A stretch of DNA of 64,000 bases, from assembly GCA_963755995.1 (NCBI GenBank), contig CAVWLQ010000003.1:836734-900733 (forward strand), given 5' to 3'. Source of the stretch: an uncultured Chloroflexia bacterium (GTDB lineage: Bacteria; Chloroflexota; Limnocylindria; Limnocylindrales; CSP1-4). Numbering within the stretch: the stretch's first letter is position 1; every line of letters starts with the position of its first letter. Positions 8,445-17,318 of this stretch are shown here, piece after piece. The position numbers were made by a program, and so were the translations under genes. Under the pieces are notes generated by a model that made no database searches, was not told where the DNA came from, and saw nothing but the letters and a program-made list of their open reading frames with translations.

Positions 8445-9114
8445 ATGACCGATCGGCTGCGCGTCATCCTCGAGATCGGCAAGAAGCGGCGCGTCGTCGC
8501 CGGTGCGATGGACTGGCCGGGCCTCGATCGCTGGGGCACATCCGAGGACGCCGCGATCGAGGTCATGTCGTCGTACGTGCCGCGCTACGCCACCGTCACG
8601 GATCGGGCCGGACTGAGGCCCGAGTTCGAGAGCTCCCGCGACATCGACGTCGTCGAACGCGTCCCGGGGTCGAGCTCCACCGACTTCTGGGGTGTCGCGC
8701 ACATGCCCTCCGAGATCGAGCGAGTCGTTCTGTCGCCGCCCGACCTCGAGCGCCGGCTCGATCTCTTGCGCGCCTGCTGGGAGTCCTTCGACGACATCGC
8801 GGCCCGCGCATCGGCCGAGCTCCGCCCGGGCTCCCGGAGTGGTGGCCGCAGTCGTGATGAGATCATCCGCCACGTCTACGGCACGGAACCCTCGCAGTTC
8901 TCGCGCAAGATCGAGGTCCGGACACCATTCGAGGTCGTCATGACGCCGGACGGCCTCGTCGCGCATCGGGCGGCGTATCTCGACGCGATCCGTGCCTGGA
9001 ACGCGGAAGGCAAGGCCGGCCCGGACCTGGCCGATCCAGTTCCTCATCCGCCGGACCGCCCATCACGTCATGGATCACGCCTGGGAGATCGAGGACCGCG
9101 ATCCCGTCGCCTGA
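8445..9114 (+). CDS. conserved hypothetical protein with a DinB-like C-terminal motif; reading frame broken by an apparent 1-nt insertion
   Basis: Frame 0 from ATG 8445 reads sensibly to ...HRAAYLDAIRAWNAEGKA. The natural continuation (A/G)RTWPIQFLIRRTAHHVMDHAWEIEDRDPVA* lies in the +1 frame and ends at 9114. Span is 670 nt (3n+1). Removing one base of the run around 9017-9022 restores a single ORF. Confidence 0.6.
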
Positions 9115-9136
9115 CCCGCCGCCGGATCCCGCGCAT

Positions 9137-9156
9137 CGGTAACCAATCGGTTACCG
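9137..9156. promoter_or_regulatory. perfect 8-4-8 inverted repeat (candidate operator) upstream of the ABM-like gene
   Basis: CGGTAACC-AATC-GGTTACCG, 50 nt upstream of ATG 9206. It has the same 8-4-8 geometry and AACC-N4-GGTT core as the arsR operator at 4244-4263. Confidence 0.3.
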
Positions 9157-9205
9157 TTGGAACTCGACCATCCCAGGTCGAACGCAACAGGATCGGAGTG
9201 CCGAG

Positions 9206-9508
9206 ATGGGCAGCTCGATGGTTCGGTACAAGGTCAAGCAGGGGCGAGCGGAGGAGAACGAGGCGCTTGTCAGGGCTGTGTACGAGCAGCTCAGCCGGGA
9301 ACGACCGGACGGTCTTCACTACGCGACGTTCAAGCTGCCCGACGGCGTCAGCTTCATGCACATCGTCTTCGAGACCGAGGGGCCGGGCCGCATCCTGGGC
9401 AAGGTGTCGGCGTTCACGGCCTTCACCGCGGATATCGAGAGCCGCTGCGACGAGCCGCCGGTTGCCACCGAGGTGACCCTGGTCGGCTCGTACGGCATGG
9501 GCGGCTGA
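9206..9508 (+). CDS. small ABM/Dabb-fold-like protein (antibiotic biosynthesis monooxygenase-like)
   Basis: 100 aa with GGAG 7 nt upstream of the ATG. The pattern MVRYKVKQGRAEENEALVRAVYEQL...FMHIVFETEG is typical of ferredoxin-like ABM-fold proteins. Family assignment is tentative. Confidence 0.55.
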   Translation: MGSSMVRYKVKQGRAEENEALVRAVYEQLSRERPDGLHYATFKLPDGVSFMHIVFETEGPGRILGKVSAFTAFTADIESRCDEPPVATEVTLVGSYGMGG

Positions 9509-9527
9509 CCGCGCCCGGTCGAAACGA

Positions 9528-9559
9528 GATCGGCCCCGACGTGGTCGTCGGGGCCGATC
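9528..9559. terminator. strong hairpin between convergent genes (factor-independent terminator candidate, no U tract)
   Basis: Perfect 14-bp stem GATCGGCCCCGACG / CGTCGGGGCCGATC with loop TGGT. It lies between the stop of 9206..9508 (+) and the stop of 9566..9901 (-). Confidence 0.5.
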
Positions 9560-9565
9560 GAGCGG

Positions 9566-9901
9566 TCAGTGCGTGCGGTTCGGCTGGGGAGGAAGGAAGG
9601 TCCGGTTCGGGTTGCACGCCACGCCCGGGTTGCCTGCGTGTGGGTCGGCCAGCCCCAGCTTGACGTCCTGGCCGAATGACTGGGAGTGACCGCCGGGGCC
9701 GTTGGGGCCGGAGCCGTCCAACGGAGCGCCCGGGTCGTCGTTGTGTCCGGAGAACGAGCACCACGACTTGCCCTGGTTGTGGTCGGGGTTCTTGCCGCTC
9801 CCCGTCACTTCCCCGGCCATGGCGACACTCGCCGTCAACCCGAGGACCATCGCGGCAGCCGCGATGCTGAGACCGAATCGTGCCATCCGTGGGCGCGCCA
9901 T
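9566..9901 (-). CDS. small secreted hypothetical protein
   Basis: 111 aa with an N-terminal signal-like segment MARFGLSIAAAAMVLGLTASVAMA. The mature part is Gly/Pro/Asn-rich with two Cys. No domain recognised. Confidence 0.55.
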   Translation of the reverse strand: MARPRMARFGLSIAAAAMVLGLTASVAMAGEVTGSGKNPDHNQGKSWCSFSGHNDDPGAPLDGSGPNGPGGHSQSFGQDVKLGLADPHAGNPGVACNPNRTFLPPQPNRTH

Positions 9902-10126
9902 CGGCAGTACCTCCTACGGCCGAGGTCGGTCTCGCCATTGGCATTCGGCACGCGTCGGGCGACCGCTCACACAGGGGACGCCGTGCCGTGGAACTCCCCC
10001 GGTGGCTCCCGCCACCTCTCCGGTCGACGCATCATGGCAAACGCGGAGGCATAGCGCCAGACGCTCTCATCCGCTGTGGTGCCCGGGCGCAACGCCATCG
10101 ACCATCGCGCCCCATCCCGTCTTCGA

Positions 10127-10625
10127 TCACATCGCCGCCGGATCGAGCCCCTCCTCGAATGCCAGCGCGAAGTCCTCCGACGGTCCCGAATGGCCCGCCA
10201 ATTCCTCGGCCGTGTGCGTCCGTGCGAACGCAAGGTGGGCAGCCTCGTGCCGGACGACTCCCCTGAGCTCCGAGAGGGTCGTCCAATTCGCGAAGATCCA
10301 GATCACCGTCGGCCGATCGGTCGTGAATGAGCCCTTGAAGCCGTAGCGCAACCCGAACGTCGGTGGCGGGACGAGCGTCTCGACGAACGCGATCTCCGCC
10401 TCCGGGACGCCGAGCTCGCGGCACGCCTCGGCCAGCTCGGCGAGGGCCACCTCGACATATGCCTGCGTCCGGATGGGCGACCCGCACCTGGTCCGATTGC
10501 ACGTGCACCCCGAGCCGCGCATACAACGCGAACTGCGGAAAGTCCTCGCGGCCGATGGTGAACGTGCCGTCCGGCGAGTCGATATCGAGCGTCGCGATGC
10601 CGACGCGCGGTTCCGTCGCGCTCAC
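10127..10625 (-). CDS. HExxH-motif (putative metallopeptidase-like) hypothetical protein; apparent 1-nt insertion frameshift
   Basis: From GTG 10625: VSATEPRVGIATLDIDSPDGTFTIGREDFPQFALYARLGVHVQSDQVRV... This is protein-like, unlike the rest of that shadow ORF. It continues in the +1 frame as ...IRTQAYVEVALAELAEACRELGVPEAE...VVRHEAAHLAF...*. Span is 499 nt (3n+1). The likely site is the GGG/CCC runs at 10475-10483. Confidence 0.4.
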
Positions 10626-10682
10626 GGTCCCACCGCCGATCCGGGCATCTCCGAAGCCTAGCGGAGACCTGGTCGGGGGGAC

Positions 10683-11159
10683 TTGACATGCGGGACGTAT
10701 CGTCTGGACATGACGACTGACGCCCTGCCGACCGGCCCCGATCCGGAGGCGATCACCCGCACGATCCTCGAGACATGGCCCGAGACCGACATGGTCGAGG
10801 CCCTCGGGGCGAGGTTCTTCTCGCTCGATCCCGAGAAGCACTTTCCCAACTTCGCCACGATCGTCACGACCGACGAGCACGACGAGGGCGCGCCTTCGGA
10901 TCTGTCCAGGCCGGGCGTGTTCCGCCTGAACATCGGCGTCGGGCGCGAGACGTTCCAGCGCCTCGTCGGCTCGATGGACGAGCCCGACTACGCCGCCCTC
11001 GACCGGATCGTCCCCCACCCCGTCTACGCCAGGCAGCTCTGGATCTCGATCCTCAACCCGAGCGACGCGACGTTCCGTGACGTCGTGATGCCGCTGCTGA
11101 CCGAGGCGCACGACCGGCTCGCGGCGGCGCGAGCGCGCCACGCCGACGCGACGGCGTGA
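10683..11159 (+). CDS. conserved hypothetical protein (DUF6194-like)
   Basis: 158 aa. FFSLDPEKHFPNFATIVTTDEHD...GVFRLNIGV...VPHPVYARQLWISILNP resembles the family I recall as DUF6194. The true start may be ATG 10710 (MTTDALP). Confidence 0.6.
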   Translation: MTCGTYRLDMTTDALPTGPDPEAITRTILETWPETDMVEALGARFFSLDPEKHFPNFATIVTTDEHDEGAPSDLSRPGVFRLNIGVGRETFQRLVGSMDEPDYAALDRIVPHPVYARQLWISILNPSDATFRDVVMPLLTEAHDRLAAARARHADATA

Positions 11160-11197
11160 CGAGTCCGCCGGACGATCGGCCGGCGCGCGGAGGGTCG

Positions 11198-11500
11198 CTA
11201 GGCGCCCTTGACGGCGAGGACGTCCACGAGGCGGATGTCCGGGTCCTTAGTGAGCAGCTGCGGGCCGGCGGAGGCCAGGGCCGCCGGGATCTGCCCGTTC
11301 AGGTGCGCCTGTCGGGCCGCCTCGTCCTCGAAGGCATCGAAGATCCCGAACGTGCGGTCGTCGACCTTGAAGCCGTACCACACGCGCGTCCCGGGCTCCC
11401 CCTCGACGATCGCCCTGCCGCCCTTGACGAACGCCTCGACCTCCGCCTCCTTGCCGGGCTTCGCCTCCACCAGTGCCAGGATCCCAAGGGTCAGTGCCAT
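11198..11500 (-). CDS. antibiotic biosynthesis monooxygenase (ABM) domain protein
   Basis: Internal ATG at 11500 of track ORF 11198..11575, preceded by AGGAGG. The protein MALTLGILALVEAKPGKEAEVEAFVKGG...WYGFKVDDRTFGIFDAFEDEAARQAHLNG is a classic ABM pattern. Confidence 0.75.
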   Translation of the reverse strand: MALTLGILALVEAKPGKEAEVEAFVKGGRAIVEGEPGTRVWYGFKVDDRTFGIFDAFEDEAARQAHLNGQIPAALASAGPQLLTKDPDIRLVDVLAVKGA

Positions 11501-11686
11501 GACATGCCTCCTGTCCTCGCGGTGTGCTTCGTCCCACGGTGACGGTATCCATTTCGGCGCCTCCGGGCCTTGCATGTGTCGGTGACGGCGTTTCGGGTCG
11601 TCACGCGACCCTGCGCTGATCGGACCCGGCGACCGCCGGACATGCCGAGGCCCGGTCGCAGGACGTGGCCTCGTCTACTTACGGGA

Positions 11687-12247
11687 TCAGCCGCCGAAGG
11701 CTGCCGCCCAGGCCGCCGCCGTCGTCGCGTCGTACTCGAGTGTGTAGCCGCAGGCGTTGATCCTCGGGCCGAACGCGGTCACCAGGTAGCGACCACCCTC
11801 CGCGAGCTCCGGCATCGGGCCGAGCAGCGCCGAGTCTGTCGTGGGGACGGTCAGCGTGATGCTCTTGCCTGCCCCCTTCCAGCCCTGATTGACCGTGAAC
11901 GTGACCTGGTCGCCGGCGACAGCGGTGACGGTGCCGTCGAAGGCGACGTCGAAGGTCGGCAGGTTGGCCGGATCGTAGATTAGGCACGAGGCCACACCGC
12001 CACCGGCCGCCGGGTTCCCCGACGGGATCGGGTCTCCGGACGCCCCCGGGTCCACGGTCGCGGCGGGTGGGTCGGTCGGTGTCGGGTTGGCCGCGATCGG
12101 CCCGGGCGACGCGGCGCCGCCCGTTCCCAGAGTCCCTGAACCGAAGGCGACCGCGAGTGCGATCACGCCGACGATGGCAAGTCCGCCGACCCACACGAGC
12201 GGGCCGCGGCTGGGACGAACGGTCGGGTCGAATGGCTTGTCGGACAT
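11687..12247 (-). CDS. membrane-anchored extracytoplasmic hypothetical protein
   Basis: 186 aa. N-terminal TM helix LVWVGGLAIVGVIALAVAF, then a Pro/Thr/Gly-rich linker, then a ~100-aa beta-rich domain with two Cys. No family recognised. Confidence 0.6.
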   Translation of the reverse strand: MSDKPFDPTVRPSRGPLVWVGGLAIVGVIALAVAFGSGTLGTGGAASPGPIAANPTPTDPPAATVDPGASGDPIPSGNPAAGGGVASCLIYDPANLPTFDVAFDGTVTAVAGDQVTFTVNQGWKGAGKSITLTVPTTDSALLGPMPELAEGGRYLVTAFGPRINACGYTLEYDATTAAAWAAAFGG

Positions 12248-12379
12248 CAGGTGCTCCCGGAACGTGCCGTCACGCGCGCGACGGGACCCACATCACAGCA
12301 CCTCTCGACCGGTTCGCCCATGGCCGGACATCGAGCCCGGGCATGGACATCCGTCCATGCGTCACTCGCGAAGCCCGTC

Positions 12380-12477
12380 TCAGACGTGCTGGTCGACGAG
12401 GACCGGGTTCCCGTCCGGGTCGATGGCGATAAAGCTGGCCGGGCCGCCAGGCTGACCGAGAACGTGCCCAGGTCCAT
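12380..12477 (-). pseudogene. 98-bp relic of a VOC/glyoxalase-family gene: start and stop retained, ~90 internal codons deleted, out of frame
   Basis: ATG 12477 opens MDLGTFSVSLA, a typical N-terminus of small VOC proteins. In another frame it is directly followed by GPASFIAIDPDGNPVLVDQHV* (stop at 12380), the typical C-terminus of the same family. Confidence 0.55.
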
Positions 12478-12524
12478 GGTCGCTCCCTAAGTCGCCGACT
12501 CGTTTCGTCACGTGAGAGCCTAGC

Positions 12525-14012
12525 GTGGGCGGGACGTTCAGACCCCTTGACTCGCCCACGATCGACGCGGATGATGCGGCCACCGTGGTCGTCCGGGCCG
12601 CAGACGGGGGGCCGTCCGCCGGTAGTTCGTCGCAGGTCTCGCCACGTCCCATCGATCTCGATTGGGACGGTCTGGAGTCACTGCGCGCCCGCGAGTACGG
12701 TCGTCTCGACACCCTCGACGAGACCTATCTCGACTACACCGGCGGCGGCCTGTACGCCGAGTCGCAGCTCCAGGCGCATCGCGAGCTCCTCGCCGGCGGC
12801 CTCTTCGGGAACCCGCATTCCAGCAGTCCCGCCTCGCGCTCGTCGACCACGCTCGCCGATGCGGCACGCCGATCGATCCTGGCGTTCGTCAACGCCTCAC
12901 CCGATGAATACACCGTCGTCTTCACGGCGAACGCCAGCGCCGCGCTGAAGCTGGTCGGCGAGGCGTTCCCGTTCGACCCGGGAAGCCGCTACCTGCTCAC
13001 CACCGACAACCACAACTCGGTCAACGGCATCCGGCTGTTCGCGGAGGCGCGAGGCGCCGAGGTCACGTACCTGCCCCTGGGCATTCCCGACCTTCGACAG
13101 GACGCGGACGAGGTCATGACCGCCCTCGACCGCGCACCCGCCGGCCGGCGCCACCTGTTCGCCTACCCGGCCCAGTCCAACTACTCGGGTGTCCGCCACC
13201 CGCTCGATTGGGTGGCTCGTGCCCAGGAACGAGGCTGGGACGTGCTCCTGGACGCGGCCGCGTTCCTGCCGACCAATCGGCTGGACCTGTCGCGCGTGCG
13301 ACCGGACTTCGTGACGGTGTCCTGGTACAAGGTCTTCGGCTACCCGACCGGGCTCGGCTCGCTCATCGCCCGGCGCGAGGCGCTCGCCCGGCTCCGGCGG
13401 CCGTGGTTCGCGGGCGGGACGATCGGGGTCGCGTCGGTCATCGTGCCGCGGAACACGTGGGCGGACGGCGAGATGGGCTTCGAGGACGGCACGATCGACT
13501 ACCTGGGCGTGCCGGCCCTCGAGATCGGGCTCGATCACGTGTCGACGGTGGGCGTCGACGTCATCCACGACCGCGTGCAATTCCTCACGCGGCACCTGCT
13601 GGAGCGGCTGCCGGCGCTGCGGCATCCGAATGGCACGCCGCTGGTCCGGCTTTACGGCCCGGCTGACGATGCGGATCGTGGCGGCACGATCCCCTTCAAC
13701 GTGCTCGACCCGGACGGCCGTGTCGTCGACTTCTGGAAGATCGAGGCGCTCGCCGCCGAGCAGCGGATCTCCGTCCGGAGCGGCTGCTTCTGCAATCCGG
13801 GCGCGAGCGAGACCGCGCGCGGCCTGACCGTCGCCGAGATGGAGGCCGTGTTCGCTCTCGGTCGCCTGCCCGACTACGATGACATCCGGCGGCTCCTGCC
13901 CGGCAAGGCGCTCGGGGCGGTCCGCGTCTCGCTCGGCATCGCGACGACCCGGCGCGACGTGGATCGGCTGATCGCTCTCATCGCGGGCCTGGCCGGCCGG
14001 ACCTGGGACTGA
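12525..14012 (+). CDS. class V aminotransferase-fold PLP enzyme (molybdenum-cofactor sulfurase N-terminal-domain-like / cysteine desulfurase-like)
   Basis: 495 aa. Motifs: YLDYTGGGLY, GNPHS, VVFTANASAALKLVGE, and SWYKVFGYPTGLGSLI (PLP-Lys motif). These resemble the NifS-like domain of Moco sulfurases. Confidence 0.8.
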   Translation: MGGTFRPLDSPTIDADDAATVVVRAADGGPSAGSSSQVSPRPIDLDWDGLESLRAREYGRLDTLDETYLDYTGGGLYAESQLQAHRELLAGGLFGNPHSSSPASRSSTTLADAARRSILAFVNASPDEYTVVFTANASAALKLVGEAFPFDPGSRYLLTTDNHNSVNGIRLFAEARGAEVTYLPLGIPDLRQDADEVMTALDRAPAGRRHLFAYPAQSNYSGVRHPLDWVARAQERGWDVLLDAAAFLPTNRLDLSRVRPDFVTVSWYKVFGYPTGLGSLIARREALARLRRPWFAGGTIGVASVIVPRNTWADGEMGFEDGTIDYLGVPALEIGLDHVSTVGVDVIHDRVQFLTRHLLERLPALRHPNGTPLVRLYGPADDADRGGTIPFNVLDPDGRVVDFWKIEALAAEQRISVRSGCFCNPGASETARGLTVAEMEAVFALGRLPDYDDIRRLLPGKALGAVRVSLGIATTRRDVDRLIALIAGLAGRTWD

Positions 14013-14049
14013 CCAGCGCCCTGGGGATCGCTCCTCGGTCATGCGGGCA

Positions 14050-14817
14050 TCACGGTCCCTGGAGGCAGCCGAGGCACGCGCGCGCGGCGGGCTCGGGCAG
14101 CGCGATCCGGGCGGACCGGTTCGTCCAGACTGCGGCCCGTCGATCGCCGTCCGCCCGCTCGTTCCAGGCGTACACGGCGCCGATTCGCAGGTATCGCTCG
14201 TAAAACGCGCGCGTGCCATCGAACCCGCGACGGCTGAACCAGGCCTCGTCCTTGGCATCGGCGCGGGCGCGGAGCCCCTGCGTCGCGCCGGCGATGTCCA
14301 CCGCGTCGGCGTCCATGCCCTCGATCGCGAGGACGACGGCGTTCGGCACGCTCGGCGGCAGCTGGTGGAGCTTGGCCAGGACGGCGGCGCCGATTGCCAC
14401 GGGGTCGGGCACGTGGCGGAGCCGGGTCACCTCGACGTTGAACCGTCGACCGGCCCGGAAGGTGACGGTGAGATCCGGGCCGGTCTTGCCGGACCCATAC
14501 GCCTCGAACGCGACCTCGAACCGGCGCTCGGTCAAGAGCAGGCGGGCGACCTGCAGCTCGGCACGGACGTCGCGGACCGCCTCGGCGTCCACTGCCCCGC
14601 GGAGCTTTTTCCGGATCTTGCCGCGATAGGTCTCGGCGAACGCGCGGAACCGTGGCGACGCCTCCAGCCATGCGGCCAGCTCGATCGCGAGCGGATCCTC
14701 CGGCCCGCGATCGTGGAGGGATCCGGCGAGCCGCTCGAGAGCAGAGCCGGTCGGGCCGACGGCGCGCCGGTTGGTCACGTTCTCGCCGGCCCTAGACGTC
14801 GATGACGACCTTGCCAC
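14050..14817 (-). CDS. hypothetical protein
   Basis: 255-aa ORF with ordinary composition and high GC3. No domain recognised. The annotated start overlaps the upstream gene by 26 nt, so the true start may be slightly downstream. Confidence 0.55.
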   Translation of the reverse strand: MARSSSTSRAGENVTNRRAVGPTGSALERLAGSLHDRGPEDPLAIELAAWLEASPRFRAFAETYRGKIRKKLRGAVDAEAVRDVRAELQVARLLLTERRFEVAFEAYGSGKTGPDLTVTFRAGRRFNVEVTRLRHVPDPVAIGAAVLAKLHQLPPSVPNAVVLAIEGMDADAVDIAGATQGLRARADAKDEAWFSRRGFDGTRAFYERYLRIGAVYAWNERADGDRRAAVWTNRSARIALPEPAARACLGCLQGP

Positions 14818-15775
14818 GGGCGTGGCCGTCGTCCATCCACTGGAGCGCCGCGACGGTCTCGCTCAACGGGAAGCGGCGATCGATCGACGGAGTGACGGCA
14901 CCCCTGGCGACGAGGTTCGTCACGGTCGCGACATCGCCCGGAGCGAACGGCTTCCACCACAGGAGCAGCCCGGACGACTTGCTGCTGCCGAGCGAGGCGA
15001 GCGGCCCGAGGACCAGCGCGCCGATGAGCGGTTTCGCCTGACCGCCAAGGGTGACGTACGTGCCACCCGGCCGGAGCGCCCGGCGGACGCGCCGGATCGG
15101 GTGGTGGGAGTCGGTGTCGAGGATCCAGTCGTACCGGACGCCCGTCGCGGTGTAGTCGACGGTCGTGTAGTCGATCGCGTGGTCCGCCCCGAGCGACCGG
15201 ACGAAGTCCAGCTTGGCCGCGCTCGCGACGGCGGTCACCTCGGCGCCCATCGATGTGGCGATCTGGATCGCGAACGGCCCGACGTTGCCCGATGCGCCGT
15301 CGATCAGGACGCTGTCGCCGGGCCGCACGGTCCGACCATCGCGACGACGGAGACCCTGGACCGCGAGGATCGCCGAATGCGGCAGGGTCGCGGCCTGCGC
15401 GAAGGACAGCCCCGTCGGGACTGGGAGGAACGCCCGCTCCGGGGCGCACGCGTACTCGGCGAAGGCTCCGCCGCCGAAGGGATACAGGTCGGCGAAGACC
15501 TCGTCCCCCGGCTTGAACCGCGTCACGCTCGCGCCGACCGCCTCCACGACACCCGCGACGTCGAGACCGAGCCGCTGATCGCGCGGGGCGCGCACGCCGA
15601 TGAACAGCCGAATGAACCGCGGTCGCGGCTGGATCCCGTCGAGATCCGCGCGATTGACGGACGCGGCCCGGACCTTGACCAGCACCTCGTCGTCGCCCGG
15701 CGACGGGCGGTCGACCTCGGCCAGCTCGACGACATCGCCGGGCGGACCGTACCGGCGGCGGATCGCGGCCTTCAT
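14792..15775 (-). CDS. NAD(P)H-dependent quinone oxidoreductase / zinc-type alcohol dehydrogenase-like (MDR superfamily)
   Basis: Internal ATG 15775 of the long track ORF. The protein runs MKAAIRRRYGPPGDVVELAEVDRPSPGDDEVLVKVRAASVNRAD...GASGNVGPFAIQIA...GKVVIDV. The track ORF upstream of this is shadow sequence. Confidence 0.85.
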   Translation of the reverse strand: MKAAIRRRYGPPGDVVELAEVDRPSPGDDEVLVKVRAASVNRADLDGIQPRPRFIRLFIGVRAPRDQRLGLDVAGVVEAVGASVTRFKPGDEVFADLYPFGGGAFAEYACAPERAFLPVPTGLSFAQAATLPHSAILAVQGLRRRDGRTVRPGDSVLIDGASGNVGPFAIQIATSMGAEVTAVASAAKLDFVRSLGADHAIDYTTVDYTATGVRYDWILDTDSHHPIRRVRRALRPGGTYVTLGGQAKPLIGALVLGPLASLGSSKSSGLLLWWKPFAPGDVATVTNLVARGAVTPSIDRRFPLSETVAALQWMDDGHARGKVVIDV

Positions 15776-16119
15776 CGGGGCGCCTCCGGGGCGTCCGGTG
15801 CGTCGACATCGGGCGCGTCGGACTCGGGCGCACCATCGTCGGGGCCATCGTGTGCCTGCTCGTCGACGCCTGTCTCGATGCCCGCCGCCGCCTGACTCGC
15901 GCGGTAGGCGGCAAGGTCGGCCTTGGCCTTGCGATCGAAGAACGGGATCAGGAACGGCAGCATCACCAGGCCGGCCACGAACAGCGGCACGAACAGCGCG
16001 AGGAGGCCCTGGCCGGCGTCGGCGACGCCCATCGCCTGCAGGACCTGGACGGTGAGCGCGTAGGCAAGCGCCCCGACCGGGAGGGACAGGACCAGGAGGA
16101 CGGTCGGCAGGGATCGCAC
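15772..16119 (-). CDS. small membrane protein with an acidic C-terminal tail
   Basis: From GTG 16119: VRSLPTVLLVLSLPVGALAYALTV...LFVPLFVAGLVMLPFLIPFF, giving two TM helices, followed by a Asp/Ala/Pro-rich tail. ATGA overlap with the oxidoreductase start at 15772-15775. The start is uncertain. Confidence 0.5.
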   Translation of the reverse strand: MRSLPTVLLVLSLPVGALAYALTVQVLQAMGVADAGQGLLALFVPLFVAGLVMLPFLIPFFDRKAKADLAAYRASQAAAGIETGVDEQAHDGPDDGAPESDAPDVDAPDAPEAPR

Positions 16120-16195
16120 GGGTCGATCGTAGCCGGACGGGACGGACCGCAGGCCTGCCGGTGGCGGTACCCTCACCGGGAGTGAGGAGATCGGC

Positions 16196-16789
16196 ATGAC
16201 GACGAGACGCGTGGCCTGGCGCCGTTCCGACGAGGTGGCGACCGACGAGCACTGCACGCTCACGCTCCGGGACGTCGGGCTGTCCCTGGTCGGGACCGTG
16301 CTCGGGGCCGAGGACGGCGCACCGGTGCGGATCGAGTATCGCGTGCTGGCGGACGGCGCCGGCATGACGACCGCCGCCCACGTCCGCGACCTGCGCGGGT
16401 TCGAGACCCGGACGATGGCCCTCGAGCGCGACGCGAAGGGCAACTGGCGAGTCGACGGAGCGGTCGTGCGGACGCTGAAGGGCTGCACGGACGTGGATCT
16501 CGGCTGCAGCCCATCCACCAACACCCTGCCGATCCGGCGGCTCCGGCTCCGCGTCGGCGGCTCGCACAAGATCCAGGCGGCGTGGGTCCGCTTCCCCGAG
16601 CTCGTCGTGGTCAAGGCGGCCCAGACCTACACGCGCCTCGCCGAGTTCACCTACCGATATTCGAGCGGCACGTTCGAAGCGGAGCTGACCGTGGACGACG
16701 ACGGCCTCGTCACGTCGTATGCGGAATGGCGGCGGACCGGCGTGGCGATCGGCCCAAACGACAGCGAGCCACTCGACACCTTCCGCTGA
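16196..16789 (+). CDS. putative glycolipid-binding domain protein (PF06475/DUF1089-like)
   Basis: 197 aa. GCTDVDLGCSPSTNTLPIRRLRL...AAWVRFPEL...LTVDDDGLVTSYAEWRR matches the conserved blocks of that family. Confidence 0.7.
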   Translation: MTTRRVAWRRSDEVATDEHCTLTLRDVGLSLVGTVLGAEDGAPVRIEYRVLADGAGMTTAAHVRDLRGFETRTMALERDAKGNWRVDGAVVRTLKGCTDVDLGCSPSTNTLPIRRLRLRVGGSHKIQAAWVRFPELVVVKAAQTYTRLAEFTYRYSSGTFEAELTVDDDGLVTSYAEWRRTGVAIGPNDSEPLDTFR

Positions 16790-16880
16790 GCGACGCGGGA
16801 CCGAACGCCGATGACTTTTCGCCCCCGCCGTCGTTTCACATCCAGGCCGGGACAACGCTGATCGAACACAGGAGGACACC

Positions 16881-17297
16881 GTGGATCTCAAGCTCGAGCT
16901 CGTCGTGCTCCCGGTCACGGACGTGGACCGGGCCAAGGCGTTCTACATGGACCAGATGGGCTTCGCCCTCGACGTGGACCATCGTGCCGGCGACACCTTC
17001 CGCGTGGTCCAGCTGACCCCGCCCGGCTCGGCGTGCTCGATCACGATCGGCACCGGCGTCTCACGGTCGACCCCGGGCGCCTACCAGGGACTCCATCTGG
17101 TGGTCCCCGACATCGAGGCGACCCGCGCCTGGCTGGTCGAACGCGGCGCGCCGGTCAGCGAGCCCTTCCACTTCGGTCCGGAAGGCCAAACGGCAGGCGT
17201 GCATCCCGGTCGGGGCAACTACGAGACGTTCATGTCGATCGAGGATCCCGACGGCAACGGCTGGCTGATCCAGGAGGTGGGCCACAGCGCCACCTGA
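16881..17297 (+). CDS. VOC-family protein (glyoxalase/bleomycin-resistance/dioxygenase fold)
   Basis: 138 aa. The protein runs MDLKLELVVLPVTDVDRAKAFYMDQMGF...LHLVVPDIEA...EDPDGNGWLIQE. Confidence 0.85.
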   Translation: MDLKLELVVLPVTDVDRAKAFYMDQMGFALDVDHRAGDTFRVVQLTPPGSACSITIGTGVSRSTPGAYQGLHLVVPDIEATRAWLVERGAPVSEPFHFGPEGQTAGVHPGRGNYETFMSIEDPDGNGWLIQEVGHSAT

Positions 17298-17318
17298 GGC
17301 CTCGCCCGGCCGACCGGC

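Noticed and set aside
14050-14817. A PD-(D/E)xK nuclease-like motif (GPDLTV...NVEVTRL) in the 255-aa hypothetical protein, hinting at a defence or restriction function.
   Set aside because: The third motif position is Thr rather than Lys, the spacing is only suggestive, and there are no partner genes (methylase, ATPase, helicase). This is insufficient evidence, so the gene is left as hypothetical.
16158-16198. Hairpin CCTCAC-CGGGA-GTGAGG overlapping the GAGGAG Shine-Dalgarno of the glycolipid-binding-domain gene, as a possible RBS-sequestering switch.
   Set aside because: It is only a 6-bp stem in a 75-nt divergent promoter region, with no alternative pairing partner identified. It is likely incidental.
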